Below, one piece after another: positions 20,351 through 29,361 of a stretch of 64,000 bases of DNA. Position 1 is the first letter of the stretch, and each line of letters opens with the position of its first letter. The notes beneath the pieces are model-generated. The model did not search any database. It had not been told where the DNA came from and was given only the letters and a program-made list of their open reading frames with translations. A program made the translations under genes and the position numbers. This DNA comes from Deltaproteobacteria bacterium (GTDB taxonomy: Bacteria; Desulfobacterota_D; UBA1144; Nemesobacterales; CSP1-2), in assembly GCA_052390235.1 (NCBI GenBank), contig JBQTHB010000005.1:256001-320000 (forward strand). The letters run 5' to 3'.

Positions 20351-21361
20351 TTATTCTGGCCTTAACCCATCTCCCCGCAGAATCTCCCGGACGACGTTCT
20401 CGGCTTTGACCCCTTCGGCATCTGCCCGGAAATTCATCACTATTCGGTGCTTCAGGACTGCCGAGGCGAGCGATTTTACGTCCTCCGTCGAGGGGGTGAA
20501 TCTGCCGTCCAAAGCCGCCCTTGCCTTAGCCCCCATCACGAGAAACTGCGACGCCCTCGGACCCGCCCCCCAAGAGACCCATTTGCGTACGAATTCAGGC
20601 GCGCCTCCGTCCGTGGGTCTCGTGGCTCTTGCAATTTTCACGGCGTAAGCGGCGACGTATTCCGACACGGGGACTCTGTGTATCAAATCCTGAAATTCGA
20701 GAATTTCCCTCGCGCCGAGAATCTTTCTAAGCTCAGGCTTCAGCGCCCCTGTAGTGGTTCTGACAATCTCCACCTCTTCTTCGGGCGAGGGGTAGTCCAC
20801 GTCAATTTGAAACATAAACCTATCCAGTTCGGCTTCGGGAAGCGGATACGTCCCCTCTTGCTCAATGGGATTTTGAGTGGCAAATACGAGAAACGGCGGC
20901 TCAAGGGGGTAGGTTTCCCCCCCTACGGTAACGCGCCGCTCCTGCATAGCCTGAAGAAGGGCGGCTTGGGTCTTGGCAGACGACCTATTTATTTCATCTG
21001 CAAGGAGGATGTTGCAGAAAACGGGCCCTCGAATAAATCTTAAAAATCTGCGTTGGGACTCTCTATCGCTCTCAAGCACCTCCGACCCCGTGATGTCGGA
21101 TGGCATGAGGTCGGGGGTGAACTGCACGCGGTTGAAGTTGAGGCTCAGCACCTCCGAGAGCGCGCTTACGAGAAGGGTTTTTGCAAGCCCCGGAACCCCC
21201 ACAAAAAGCGAATGCCCTGAAGACATAAGGGAAATCAGCAGAAGCTCCACGACGTTTCTCTGCCCAATGATTAATTTGCCGACTTCCCCGACAATCGCTC
21301 TCTTGACCTCGGACAGTTCTCTGAGCTTCTCAACGTCTGTTTCGGTTACGCTCTCGTGCAT
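20351..21361 (-). CDS. MoxR family AAA+ ATPase
   Basis: GVPGLAKT, RVQFTPDLMPSD, LADEINR, TQNPIEQEGTYPLPEA. Confidence 0.95.
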   Translation of the reverse strand: MHESVTETDVEKLRELSEVKRAIVGEVGKLIIGQRNVVELLLISLMSSGHSLFVGVPGLAKTLLVSALSEVLSLNFNRVQFTPDLMPSDITGSEVLESDRESQRRFLRFIRGPVFCNILLADEINRSSAKTQAALLQAMQERRVTVGGETYPLEPPFLVFATQNPIEQEGTYPLPEAELDRFMFQIDVDYPSPEEEVEIVRTTTGALKPELRKILGAREILEFQDLIHRVPVSEYVAAYAVKIARATRPTDGGAPEFVRKWVSWGAGPRASQFLVMGAKARAALDGRFTPSTEDVKSLASAVLKHRIVMNFRADAEGVKAENVVREILRGDGLRPE

Positions 21362-21387
21362 TAATCAACCTTAGATTTAGTATTGGG

Positions 21388-23076
21388 CTATTGCGCCGTT
21401 CCTTCGGCAATCGCATCGTCCGCGTGAACGGCTCTATTGCCTCCCCGCTCTATCGCCGTCGCGAGCGCGCCTTCAGCTATGGCTATCAGCTCATCTGGCG
21501 TTCCGCCTGCCGGATACGTTGCAATGCCAATGGAGACGGTTAAATCCAGCTCTTTGCCATTTGAATTCAGGGATGGCACCCGTAAATTGCGCTTGAGCTT
21601 CTTTGCGGCGAACGCGGCTCCCTCTGCGCCGGTATTCTGGAGAAGCGCGGCGAACCTAGCGCCGCCTCCGTATCTTGCGGCTACATCCGCCCTTCGGAAC
21701 GATTTTGAAATCACCTGTCCTATGGAGACAATAGCTCCGTCGGAGGCGTCGGTGATACGCGACAATTTCTCTCCGCTCAGGGGATGGCTGTCGGCTTCGA
21801 TGAGCATTAATGAGATGTTTTCCGGGCGTCTCGCGGCGCGGGCTAGGGCATGAGCAAGGGCTTCATCAAAGTATCTTTTACTGTAAAGCCCGGAGACTTT
21901 GTCGCAGATGCCCAGTTCGTTTTCGGCTGCGGAGTGTAGGCAGTTGAGCGCCGCTCTGCCCGCCGCCTGAGAAATTGCCTCGGCGACCCTCCCCTCGAAG
22001 CCGCCGAACGGGTTTACCCATCTTCTGCCGAGAACCGCGCATCCGACTACGGCGGCGCCGTCTCTAACACCGGAGGAGACTTTCATCGGGCAGGCTAGGA
22101 TTGATTTTATATTCTTCACGTCGAGTCCGAAGTCGAGTTCCCTGCCGAAGATCGAGAGGTAATTCCTCCTCAATGAGAAATCGTCAAAATACACCGCCCC
22201 TTCGCTCTTGTACGCCGCTTCGATGATTGTCCTCTCGTGAGAGAAGCGTCTATTCTCCAAATCCCTCCTCCTCTCCGTCCCCTTGGCGCGGCGCAAGACG
22301 CTTTCATTGCCCGCTTCCCTAAGGACAACCGCTATAAAATCCGCGCCGGCCATTTCGGCAAGCGCTGAGGCGGCGCAGTCGAGCGCGGCTTCGGCGTCAG
22401 ACGCTGAGTTGACGCCCTCTATAAAATCGAGCAGTCTGGATTCTCGCCTGCGATGCGCCTCCAACCCCCGCCGGAGCTGGCTCTCTGATACCACTGCGGC
22501 GATGCCGGCGGCGGCAAGCGAGGAAATTGATTTCTCCCTCTCGCCGAAAGCGCCGCTCTGGAGGCTATCGAGTATCAGCATCCCAACAAGCTCATCTCCG
22601 CCTACGACGGGCGTTACCAGAAGCGATTTTACCGGTGCCGGCTTTAGGTAATATGGCAGGTTCTCTCTTGGATTGTTAATATCGTCAACGGATACCGGCG
22701 TTTTAACCTTTGCCGCCCAGCCTATGTATCCGTCTCTGAAGCGCAGGCTCTGCCCCCTGTCAATAAGGCTCTCGGCGTTTGAGATGCACTCCCCGATTTC
22801 AAATGAGCCTACATCCTTTTTCATATACAGCACGGCGCTGTGAGGGGACAAAATCTCGCATAACGCCTCTAGGGAATACCTCGCTGGGGTTTTGGCGCTA
22901 TCCTCTGAGGGGGGCAGAGTTTCCTTGGGAATCTGATACGGGGAGGGGCGATGGGGGTGATTCCCCCTGCCCGTCGGCGACGCCCTGCGGTGGGAAAACA
23001 GCCCCGAAACGGACGGCAGGAGGTTTTTTAGGGAACTTAGAGGCAACTTATTCAGTAAATCTGTATATTTTTTCAC
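21388..23076 (-). CDS. GAF-GAF-GGDEF protein with degenerate cyclase site
   Basis: Two GAF-like regions; DKVSGLYSKRYF, RRADVAARYGGGARF, TVSIGIA. Confidence 0.8.
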   Translation of the reverse strand: MKKYTDLLNKLPLSSLKNLLPSVSGLFSHRRASPTGRGNHPHRPSPYQIPKETLPPSEDSAKTPARYSLEALCEILSPHSAVLYMKKDVGSFEIGECISNAESLIDRGQSLRFRDGYIGWAAKVKTPVSVDDINNPRENLPYYLKPAPVKSLLVTPVVGGDELVGMLILDSLQSGAFGEREKSISSLAAAGIAAVVSESQLRRGLEAHRRRESRLLDFIEGVNSASDAEAALDCAASALAEMAGADFIAVVLREAGNESVLRRAKGTERRRDLENRRFSHERTIIEAAYKSEGAVYFDDFSLRRNYLSIFGRELDFGLDVKNIKSILACPMKVSSGVRDGAAVVGCAVLGRRWVNPFGGFEGRVAEAISQAAGRAALNCLHSAAENELGICDKVSGLYSKRYFDEALAHALARAARRPENISLMLIEADSHPLSGEKLSRITDASDGAIVSIGQVISKSFRRADVAARYGGGARFAALLQNTGAEGAAFAAKKLKRNLRVPSLNSNGKELDLTVSIGIATYPAGGTPDELIAIAEGALATAIERGGNRAVHADDAIAEGTAQ

Positions 23077-23317
23077 CCTGTTTTATCATCCCCAGCTCTT
23101 CTCGCGCCATTTTTTCAATATACGGCTTGTCGGTGGTTACGGCTTTGATTCTGCGGCGAAGCTCGTCGTTGTCGCCTTCAATGCGCTCGATTTTTGCCTT
23201 TATCCGCTCGTTTTCCTCTCGGAGAACGTCGAGATGCGCAATCTCTCTTGAGAACACATAGACCGTGAACAGTATCACAGGGAGCAGGAGTGAGATTCTG
23301 AGGATTGATTTTTTCAT
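23048..23317 (-). CDS. ftsB: Septum formation initiator FtsB/DivIC
   Basis: Single TM helix, coiled coil, YIEKMAREELGMIKQGE. Confidence 0.9.
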   Translation of the reverse strand: MKKSILRISLLLPVILFTVYVFSREIAHLDVLREENERIKAKIERIEGDNDELRRRIKAVTTDKPYIEKMAREELGMIKQGEKIYRFTE

Positions 23318-23319
23318 CT

Positions 23320-23964
23320 TTAGAACACCAGCATCCCGCCTGTGAGAAACGGATTCGAGCGCTTCTCGATGTCAATTGTCGTCAACGGCCCATGTCCCGG
23401 ATACACTGTGTAGGAGGCGGGAAGGGGCATGAGTTTCGTCTTTATCGAGCGCACAAGCTCCCGCATCGAGGTTCCGCCGGTCAAATCCACCCTTCCAACG
23501 CTTCCGGCGAAGAGCGTATCGCCGGAGAAAACGTGGTTGTCAATTATGAGGCAGACGCTCCCCCATGTGTGTCCGGGGGTATGCACTATCTTCGCCCTGT
23601 ATTTTCCTATCTCGATTTCATCGCCTTCTTCCATGAACTTATCAATTTTGGGGATTTTCACCCCGCCGAATTCAGGAAAACGCCTTACTGCGTTGGGCAT
23701 ATCTAGGAGAACCGGCTCTTCTTTAGGATGGAGGTAGAACTCCGCGCCGAGGGCTATCTTCGCCTCTTCGACCCCTGCGGCATGGTCAATGTGGGCGTGG
23801 GTGTTGACAATTTTATCAATTCTAAGCCCTAAGCTGGAGACCTCGTCCAGTACCTCGTCAACTTGGCTTCCGGGGTCAACGACTATTCCCACCTTCGACT
23901 CTTCGTCGGCGATAATATAGCAGTTGGTCAAAAATGAGCCGCCGGGGATGCACTTTATAATCAT
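23320..23964 (-). CDS. MBL-fold hydrolase (glyoxalase II/YcbL-like)
   Basis: THAHIDH, HTPGHT, FSGDTLF, YPGHG. Confidence 0.9.
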   Translation of the reverse strand: MIIKCIPGGSFLTNCYIIADEESKVGIVVDPGSQVDEVLDEVSSLGLRIDKIVNTHAHIDHAAGVEEAKIALGAEFYLHPKEEPVLLDMPNAVRRFPEFGGVKIPKIDKFMEEGDEIEIGKYRAKIVHTPGHTWGSVCLIIDNHVFSGDTLFAGSVGRVDLTGGTSMRELVRSIKTKLMPLPASYTVYPGHGPLTTIDIEKRSNPFLTGGMLVF

Positions 23965-24239
23965 CGTTTAGTCCCTCGTTATCCTGATAATTCTAAATTC
24001 GCCAAAATCGCCTCGCGCCCTGCCGCGCCCCGCGACATAAATACCCCTGCCTCTTCCGACGCCCCGGCATTTGTCAGATTACCAAAGCGGGGATTTACTG
24101 TCAATAAAATCTCGCGATGCCTGACGAGCGCAATCCACAGCCCTGACTCCCCCCCTGCCTCCGATGGTAGAGAGGGTCAGTGATGCGGGCAGTTCAGCAG
24201 GGTGGCATCATCCATAAAAATTGCCGCACCCCCCGCCCT

Positions 24240-25127
24240 TCAGCCCGCCGATATGACCTCTATCGCCCGCTCCCGAACCTCAATCCTCCTCCAGCCGCCA
24301 CTGAGCATGAAAGGCTCTCCATCGAGGTGCGCCGGGGCGGCTTCGCCGAGCTTGATTTCCATCCACTTTGCGCGCTCTATTGTTACTTCTCTAAGCCCGA
24401 TATGACGTCCCTGAAGGGCTTTGGGTATCTGCGTGAGACGCCGCATAGTTGTCATATCTTCGATAACGTGAAAATCGAGCAGACCGTCGTCCACCTTGGC
24501 GTCGGGGGCGAGCTTGAAATCCCCCCCTTGCGAGGGCCCGTTGGATGCGCCCGCCAGCAGGGCTTTGCATCGAAACTCCCGAGCCTCAGTTCTAGCCTCC
24601 ATTTCAAATCCCCGGAACACGAACGCCTCTTGGATTGCTCCCCAGATGTAGCCGATTTTCCCGCGGAGGCGTTTTATGCGCCTGTACCGGTGGGCTACAG
24701 CGCCGTCGAGTCCGATGCCGAGTCCGTTGATGAAATACCTACCTTCGAGAAATCCGAGGTCAACCCGTCGCCTCTTTCCCTCGATGAGGGTTTTAACGGC
24801 TCGCTCTAATTCGAGCGGGATAGCCGCCGCTTTTGGGAAGTCGTTGCCGCCGCCTGCGGGTATCATGCCGAACGCCGAACCTTCGCCGACGAGCCCGTTT
24901 ATGACCTCGTGAGCAGTGCCGTCCCCTCCGACGGCGACGATGACGGGGAATCCCTCGCGGGCGGCGCGTCTGGCGATGCCGGTTGCCTCCCCCTGTTTGG
25001 ATGTGAGGCGGATTTCAAAAGAGGCGCGCTCGGCTGCGAGCAAGGATTCAATACGAGGGGCTACGCGCCCGGCTCTGCCGCGCCCGGCTGTGGGATTTAA
25101 GATGAGTAGGTAGTCAGCTTTGGGCAA
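24240..25127 (-). CDS. Diacylglycerol/lipid kinase family protein (YegS/BmrU-like)
   Basis: NPTAGRG, GGDGT, PAGGGNDF, DDGLLD, HLDGE; likely TTG start at 25127 with GAGGAG RBS. Confidence 0.9.
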   Translation of the reverse strand: MPKADYLLILNPTAGRGRAGRVAPRIESLLAAERASFEIRLTSKQGEATGIARRAAREGFPVIVAVGGDGTAHEVINGLVGEGSAFGMIPAGGGNDFPKAAAIPLELERAVKTLIEGKRRRVDLGFLEGRYFINGLGIGLDGAVAHRYRRIKRLRGKIGYIWGAIQEAFVFRGFEMEARTEAREFRCKALLAGASNGPSQGGDFKLAPDAKVDDGLLDFHVIEDMTTMRRLTQIPKALQGRHIGLREVTIERAKWMEIKLGEAAPAHLDGEPFMLSGGWRRIEVRERAIEVISAG

Positions 25128-25199
25128 TCGGCTCCTCGCGTTTGGCGATGCAGGGTAGATGCACAAATTTTAGGAGAGATGCCACTCTGCGCCGCTGCC

Positions 25200-25814
25200 T
25201 CAGAGATTTATCTGAAATATACGATTTATCTGCTCGTCCGAGAGCAGTATCGGCTCGACGGTTTCACTGATATTCTCTCTGAAGCGACTAAGGTGGAGTC
25301 CCCGAATTGAGCAAGTGAGGATTGAGCGTATGTGCTTGTGCATCACAACTAGAGTTTTTTCGCCGGGGTATTTGAGGGCGATTCCCTTTACGGTCTCGAC
25401 TATTCTCCTCTGAGCGTCGGGTATAGGCTCACTGCCGCTGGGGATGGAAACGCTTGTGGGGTCGTTGAACCACTTGACGAAATTCGTATCCGTCTCGAGG
25501 AGCTCGAGCGTTTTCTGCCCGTTCCATAGCCCGTGGTCAATCTCCCGAAGACCGGTGTTTATCTCAAGAGGTATACCCAGCTTGTCTGAGTAGATTTTAG
25601 AAGTCTCATAAGCCCGCTTAAGTGGGCTGCAGACTATTCTATCCAGCCCCAGTTTCTCGACTATCGGTATGGTTGAATACGCCTCGGCAATCCCTTCGGG
25701 GCAGAGGGGCAAATCAGTCGTGCCGATGAGTCTGCCTTCGAGATTCCAAATTACCTTGCAGTGCCGTCCCAGATAAATCTTCGCTAAATTTGCCGTGTCG
25801 GTCATTCGCTCCAT
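25200..25814 (-). CDS. Histidine phosphatase family protein (atypical RHC motif)
   Basis: YLGRHC, DLPL, SPLKRAYET, LREIDHGLW, SGSE, VVMH. Confidence 0.85.
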   Translation of the reverse strand: MERMTDTANLAKIYLGRHCKVIWNLEGRLIGTTDLPLCPEGIAEAYSTIPIVEKLGLDRIVCSPLKRAYETSKIYSDKLGIPLEINTGLREIDHGLWNGQKTLELLETDTNFVKWFNDPTSVSIPSGSEPIPDAQRRIVETVKGIALKYPGEKTLVVMHKHIRSILTCSIRGLHLSRFRENISETVEPILLSDEQINRIFQINL

Positions 25815-25823
25815 TTCCAATGG

Positions 25824-27572
25824 TTAATTAATCTCGATTCCGTCGCCGTTTGCTGCGCTCTTTTTAAGGGGCTGTAGGAACTTGCCGCCAAGAATGATTT
25901 GATTCTTCTCCGCCCCTTCCTGAAGCCTCTCGACGAGATACCCCCTGTCTCCCCCCATGATATTTACCCCGTGGTCTGACTCCACAAGGCACAGCAGATT
26001 CATCGCGCCCTCGCCGTTTCTATTGGCGATTTCATATACCCCTGAGTAATTGAGAAGGGCGGCTTCGATGGTGCCGCAGGGCATCGAGGGATTCCCCGCT
26101 CCGGCGACGTATTCGCTTCGCTGAAACCACTTGGGGTCGGGGTATCCGTGGAAATGAACTATGGACATTCCGTCTTTAATCACCTCCGGCGTGTATAGAG
26201 CCGCCGATAGGGCTTGGGCGAGGATAACATAAGTATCGAAAGAAGGCCTGATGTCGCGCCTTTGCAGATCCATACCGCGCGGGGTCTGAAGGTATAGCTT
26301 GCCTTTTACGAGTCCTATTCTCACCACATCTTTTTCGGGGTCGAGGCTGGTCTTATCGCACCCTGAGCGCGAGGTTACCATCCAAATATCCGGCAGCTGC
26401 TGATACATCCGACTCCCCCGCACGGAGGTTGCCACATACCACCTGCCGCCCTCGTCCTCTCTGACAGAGTCGGGATTTATGTTTTTTATCTCCTGGAGCG
26501 CGTCCCATCGCTCGCGGCTTATCTCTCTTAAGCCCTTATATGAGGGGCTCTCGACAACGGCTATGAATCCGTAGGAGACTCCGGTTCTGCCTTCGAGTAT
26601 TTTCTCGACGACGTCTCTGTGGGAGAGGCGCTTTATTTTTTCGCTGAATTTCGAGCCTGAGGGGAATAAATCCGTGCTTCGGAGCTGCCTCCCTAGGTTT
26701 GCAAGCTCTAGGGCGTAGGGGAAATCCGAGGGATCGAACTCTCCTTTTTCAAAGCGGTTCAGCACCGGGGGCTTTATCGGGGCGTAAATCTTCGGGATAA
26801 GCGAGTTGAGGATGAATCTATCCAGCTCTTCGTTGAAGAATACGGAATCCGAGAGGTTCATATTGATAATAGAGAATCTGTCCTCAGAGACGCCGATGAC
26901 AATTTCGGACATCGTCCTGATGAGGTCCTTAAGCCCTATGGCGATTTTTTGGTCGTAAGGAGTGGACTCATCTAAAAATTCCTTGTGGAGCGAGGTTATA
27001 GTGATGACTTGGGTGTTATAGGGGTCTTGGACGAATTTCGCCGTAAAATTATCCGCCCATCCGCTGGAACGTAGAATCTCCATTACGGACATATCGGGCG
27101 AGCGCAGCAGATAGGTGTATATCCTCTCGGCTAGGCGGCTCATGATTTTTCTGAACAGCGAGTACGGCCTGTCAACGTCTATTACGGCGTCAATACTGCT
27201 TTTGACCTTTCTCATGCGCAGAATCTTTGCTATCAGTCCGTCGGAATCCAGTTCTGCCGCCTGGTTCCAGTCCACAACCTCGACCCCTAACGCCTTTAAT
27301 TTCTCCTCAAGCCGTCTGTAGAACCTGAGAATTGTTTTATTCTCGTATTTATTCGACAGGGGTCTAAATGTAACTTTGACCTTTTTCGCCATCTCGCCAG
27401 GGTTTTTGGGATTGACAATTCCCCTTTGGGGTGGAATTCCGGTCAGAGCGATAATGGTCGCCAAATCGAGGTCTGCAATTTCGCCTCTCTTCTCGCCCCT
27501 ATCCCGCTCCGTGAACACAGCCCCATCCGAGGGCGCAAAACTGTTTCTCTGCACGTTTTCTCCTTTTATCAT
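25824..27572 (-). CDS. Hypothetical protein with C-terminal class II aldolase/adducin-like metal-binding motifs
   Basis: 582-aa ORF; TSRSGCDKTSLDPEKDVV, RPSFD, IVHFHG, PCGTIEAA, ESDHGVNIMG. Confidence 0.6.
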   Translation of the reverse strand: MIKGENVQRNSFAPSDGAVFTERDRGEKRGEIADLDLATIIALTGIPPQRGIVNPKNPGEMAKKVKVTFRPLSNKYENKTILRFYRRLEEKLKALGVEVVDWNQAAELDSDGLIAKILRMRKVKSSIDAVIDVDRPYSLFRKIMSRLAERIYTYLLRSPDMSVMEILRSSGWADNFTAKFVQDPYNTQVITITSLHKEFLDESTPYDQKIAIGLKDLIRTMSEIVIGVSEDRFSIINMNLSDSVFFNEELDRFILNSLIPKIYAPIKPPVLNRFEKGEFDPSDFPYALELANLGRQLRSTDLFPSGSKFSEKIKRLSHRDVVEKILEGRTGVSYGFIAVVESPSYKGLREISRERWDALQEIKNINPDSVREDEGGRWYVATSVRGSRMYQQLPDIWMVTSRSGCDKTSLDPEKDVVRIGLVKGKLYLQTPRGMDLQRRDIRPSFDTYVILAQALSAALYTPEVIKDGMSIVHFHGYPDPKWFQRSEYVAGAGNPSMPCGTIEAALLNYSGVYEIANRNGEGAMNLLCLVESDHGVNIMGGDRGYLVERLQEGAEKNQIILGGKFLQPLKKSAANGDGIEIN

Positions 27573-27664
27573 CCCAACACGCCTATAGAGAGCTTAAAGA
27601 TAGACGATTTCGCCTCTATATTCAATACTCCCGCCATCCGCTCCCGCTTAGATATAAGCCGGCA

Positions 27665-28429
27665 TCAGACAGCCGCCCGCTCGCCTTCCTCGTACTCGGC
27701 TAAAGCCCTCTCCATAGCCTCTCTTACGGCCCTTATCAGCTCTTCCCGCCCCTCCTTGCCCGAGGAGAAATCTCTAACATCAACGGGGGGCAGTACCCTC
27801 ACTTTCATCACGCCGGATTTTATTCGGAGAGACCCCTTAGGCATAATGTGCCTTCCGCCCAGAATCATCAGCGGCACAATGGGCACTTTGGCCAGGGAGG
27901 CGATGAGAAATCCCCCTTTTTTAAATGGGAGGAGCTTGCCATCCGGGCTTCTCGTGCCTTCGGGGGCGATGAGGACGGAGGGCCCTCTTTTTATCGCCTC
28001 GGCCATTTTTCTGACCTCCTGCGTATCCCTGCCGGAGCCGTCGCGCTCGACGAAATGACTCCCGATGGCTCGCGTTACCCATCCCACGAAGGGAACGCCT
28101 CTGAGTTCTTTTTTTAGTACCGGTCTCCAGTGAATCGGAAGCGCGCCGGTGAATGCGTATATGTCTGCAGAGCTCTGGTGGTTATACATTATGACGCAAG
28201 GCTCTTTCGGGAGATTCTCTGCCCCTTCGAGTTCAATCCTCACGCCGCAGAGCCGCAAAATGTAATAACCCCAAGGCTTTATGGCGTATGCGAACATCAT
28301 GTCCTTCAGGGATAGGGCAGAGAAAATCAGCGCAAGGGTGCCGCAAATCACGGTAACTATGCCGACAACTGCTATGCTATAGAAGGTTTTAAGCATTTCT
28401 CGCGCGGATTCCGAGGTTGAGCCACTCAT
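27665..28429 (-). CDS. plsC: 1-acyl-sn-glycerol-3-phosphate acyltransferase
   Basis: NHQSSAD (HX4D), KKEL, APEGTRS, FKKGGF, VPIVP. Confidence 0.9.
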   Translation of the reverse strand: MSGSTSESAREMLKTFYSIAVVGIVTVICGTLALIFSALSLKDMMFAYAIKPWGYYILRLCGVRIELEGAENLPKEPCVIMYNHQSSADIYAFTGALPIHWRPVLKKELRGVPFVGWVTRAIGSHFVERDGSGRDTQEVRKMAEAIKRGPSVLIAPEGTRSPDGKLLPFKKGGFLIASLAKVPIVPLMILGGRHIMPKGSLRIKSGVMKVRVLPPVDVRDFSSGKEGREELIRAVREAMERALAEYEEGERAAV

Positions 28430-28460
28430 TAGAGGTTTCTATCAACCGGGTTTAAATGAC

Positions 28461-28538
28461 TGGCGGTCCCTACGGGATTCGAACCCGTGTTACTGCCTTG
28501 AGAGGGCGGCGTCCTAGACCAGACTAGACGAAGGGACC
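28461..28538 (-). tRNA. tRNA-Glu (anticodon CTC)
   Basis: GGTCCCTTCGTCTAG...CT-CTC-AA...GGTTCGAATCCC...GGGACCGCCA cloverleaf; CCA encoded. Confidence 0.95.
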
Positions 28539-28730
28539 ATCGGCACAGAAGGGCAGTTTAGCACATTGACGCGTTAAATCAATATCCCGCTTGGGAGTTT
28601 TAATCCATGAGCCGCAAATCGGGGCTTGACCGGGGAGTCGTCCCCTCAAACTGAGCCAATTTACCGCCTCATGGTATAATTCTCCAAAGCGGCGGCTGTA
28701 GCCCTGCCCATAGCTATCGAGAGTTGCATC

Positions 28731-29348
28731 ATGGCTTTCGGAAAAAAAAACGGACAATCAAAACCCTCGAACGACGACGAAGCGCTTTTTGATGAGCCGT
28801 CTGCGCGCAAGGTCTTTGACTTCGACCTGGTAGAGTCGCCGGACGACGGGGTTTTCGCAGACGACTACGGCTCTCCGCCCTCTTTTTATCCGCCTTCTGG
28901 CAGTGAAGAGGTCATAGCCTACGACATCGCCCCTGCCGGGCTTAGGCTGATAGCCTTTGTTTTGGACGTTTTTTTAATTCTCGCCCTTGCCGCCGGAACG
29001 GTCGTTGCCGCGTTTAAAGCCATCGGCGTTGAGATTGGCTTCGCCGAGGCGCGCACAGCCGTATCCGGGGGCTTCCTCAGGGCGTACTTGGTTTTTATTA
29101 TCTTCTCCGCGGGCTATTTCATACTCCTTCACGCGGTTGGCGGAAGGACTATCGGCAAAATGTTTATGGGGATTCGCGTCATTGCTTGCGACGGGGGGCT
29201 TCCGAGGCTCAGAGGCTCTTTCGCGCGGTTCGCCGGATATTTCGTCTCAGCCGCGTTTTTACTGCTCGGCTTCCTGTGGGCGTTGTTCGATTCAAAGGGG
29301 CAGGCATGGCACGATAAAATCGCCGGAACCTATGTGGTGAAGGATTGA
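28731..29348 (+). CDS. RDD family membrane protein
   Basis: RLIAFVLD, GRTIGKM, QAWHDKIAGTYVV; acidic N-terminus. Confidence 0.9.
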   Translation: MAFGKKNGQSKPSNDDEALFDEPSARKVFDFDLVESPDDGVFADDYGSPPSFYPPSGSEEVIAYDIAPAGLRLIAFVLDVFLILALAAGTVVAAFKAIGVEIGFAEARTAVSGGFLRAYLVFIIFSAGYFILLHAVGGRTIGKMFMGIRVIACDGGLPRLRGSFARFAGYFVSAAFLLLGFLWALFDSKGQAWHDKIAGTYVVKD

Positions 29349-29361
29349 CTCTAATACTTTC

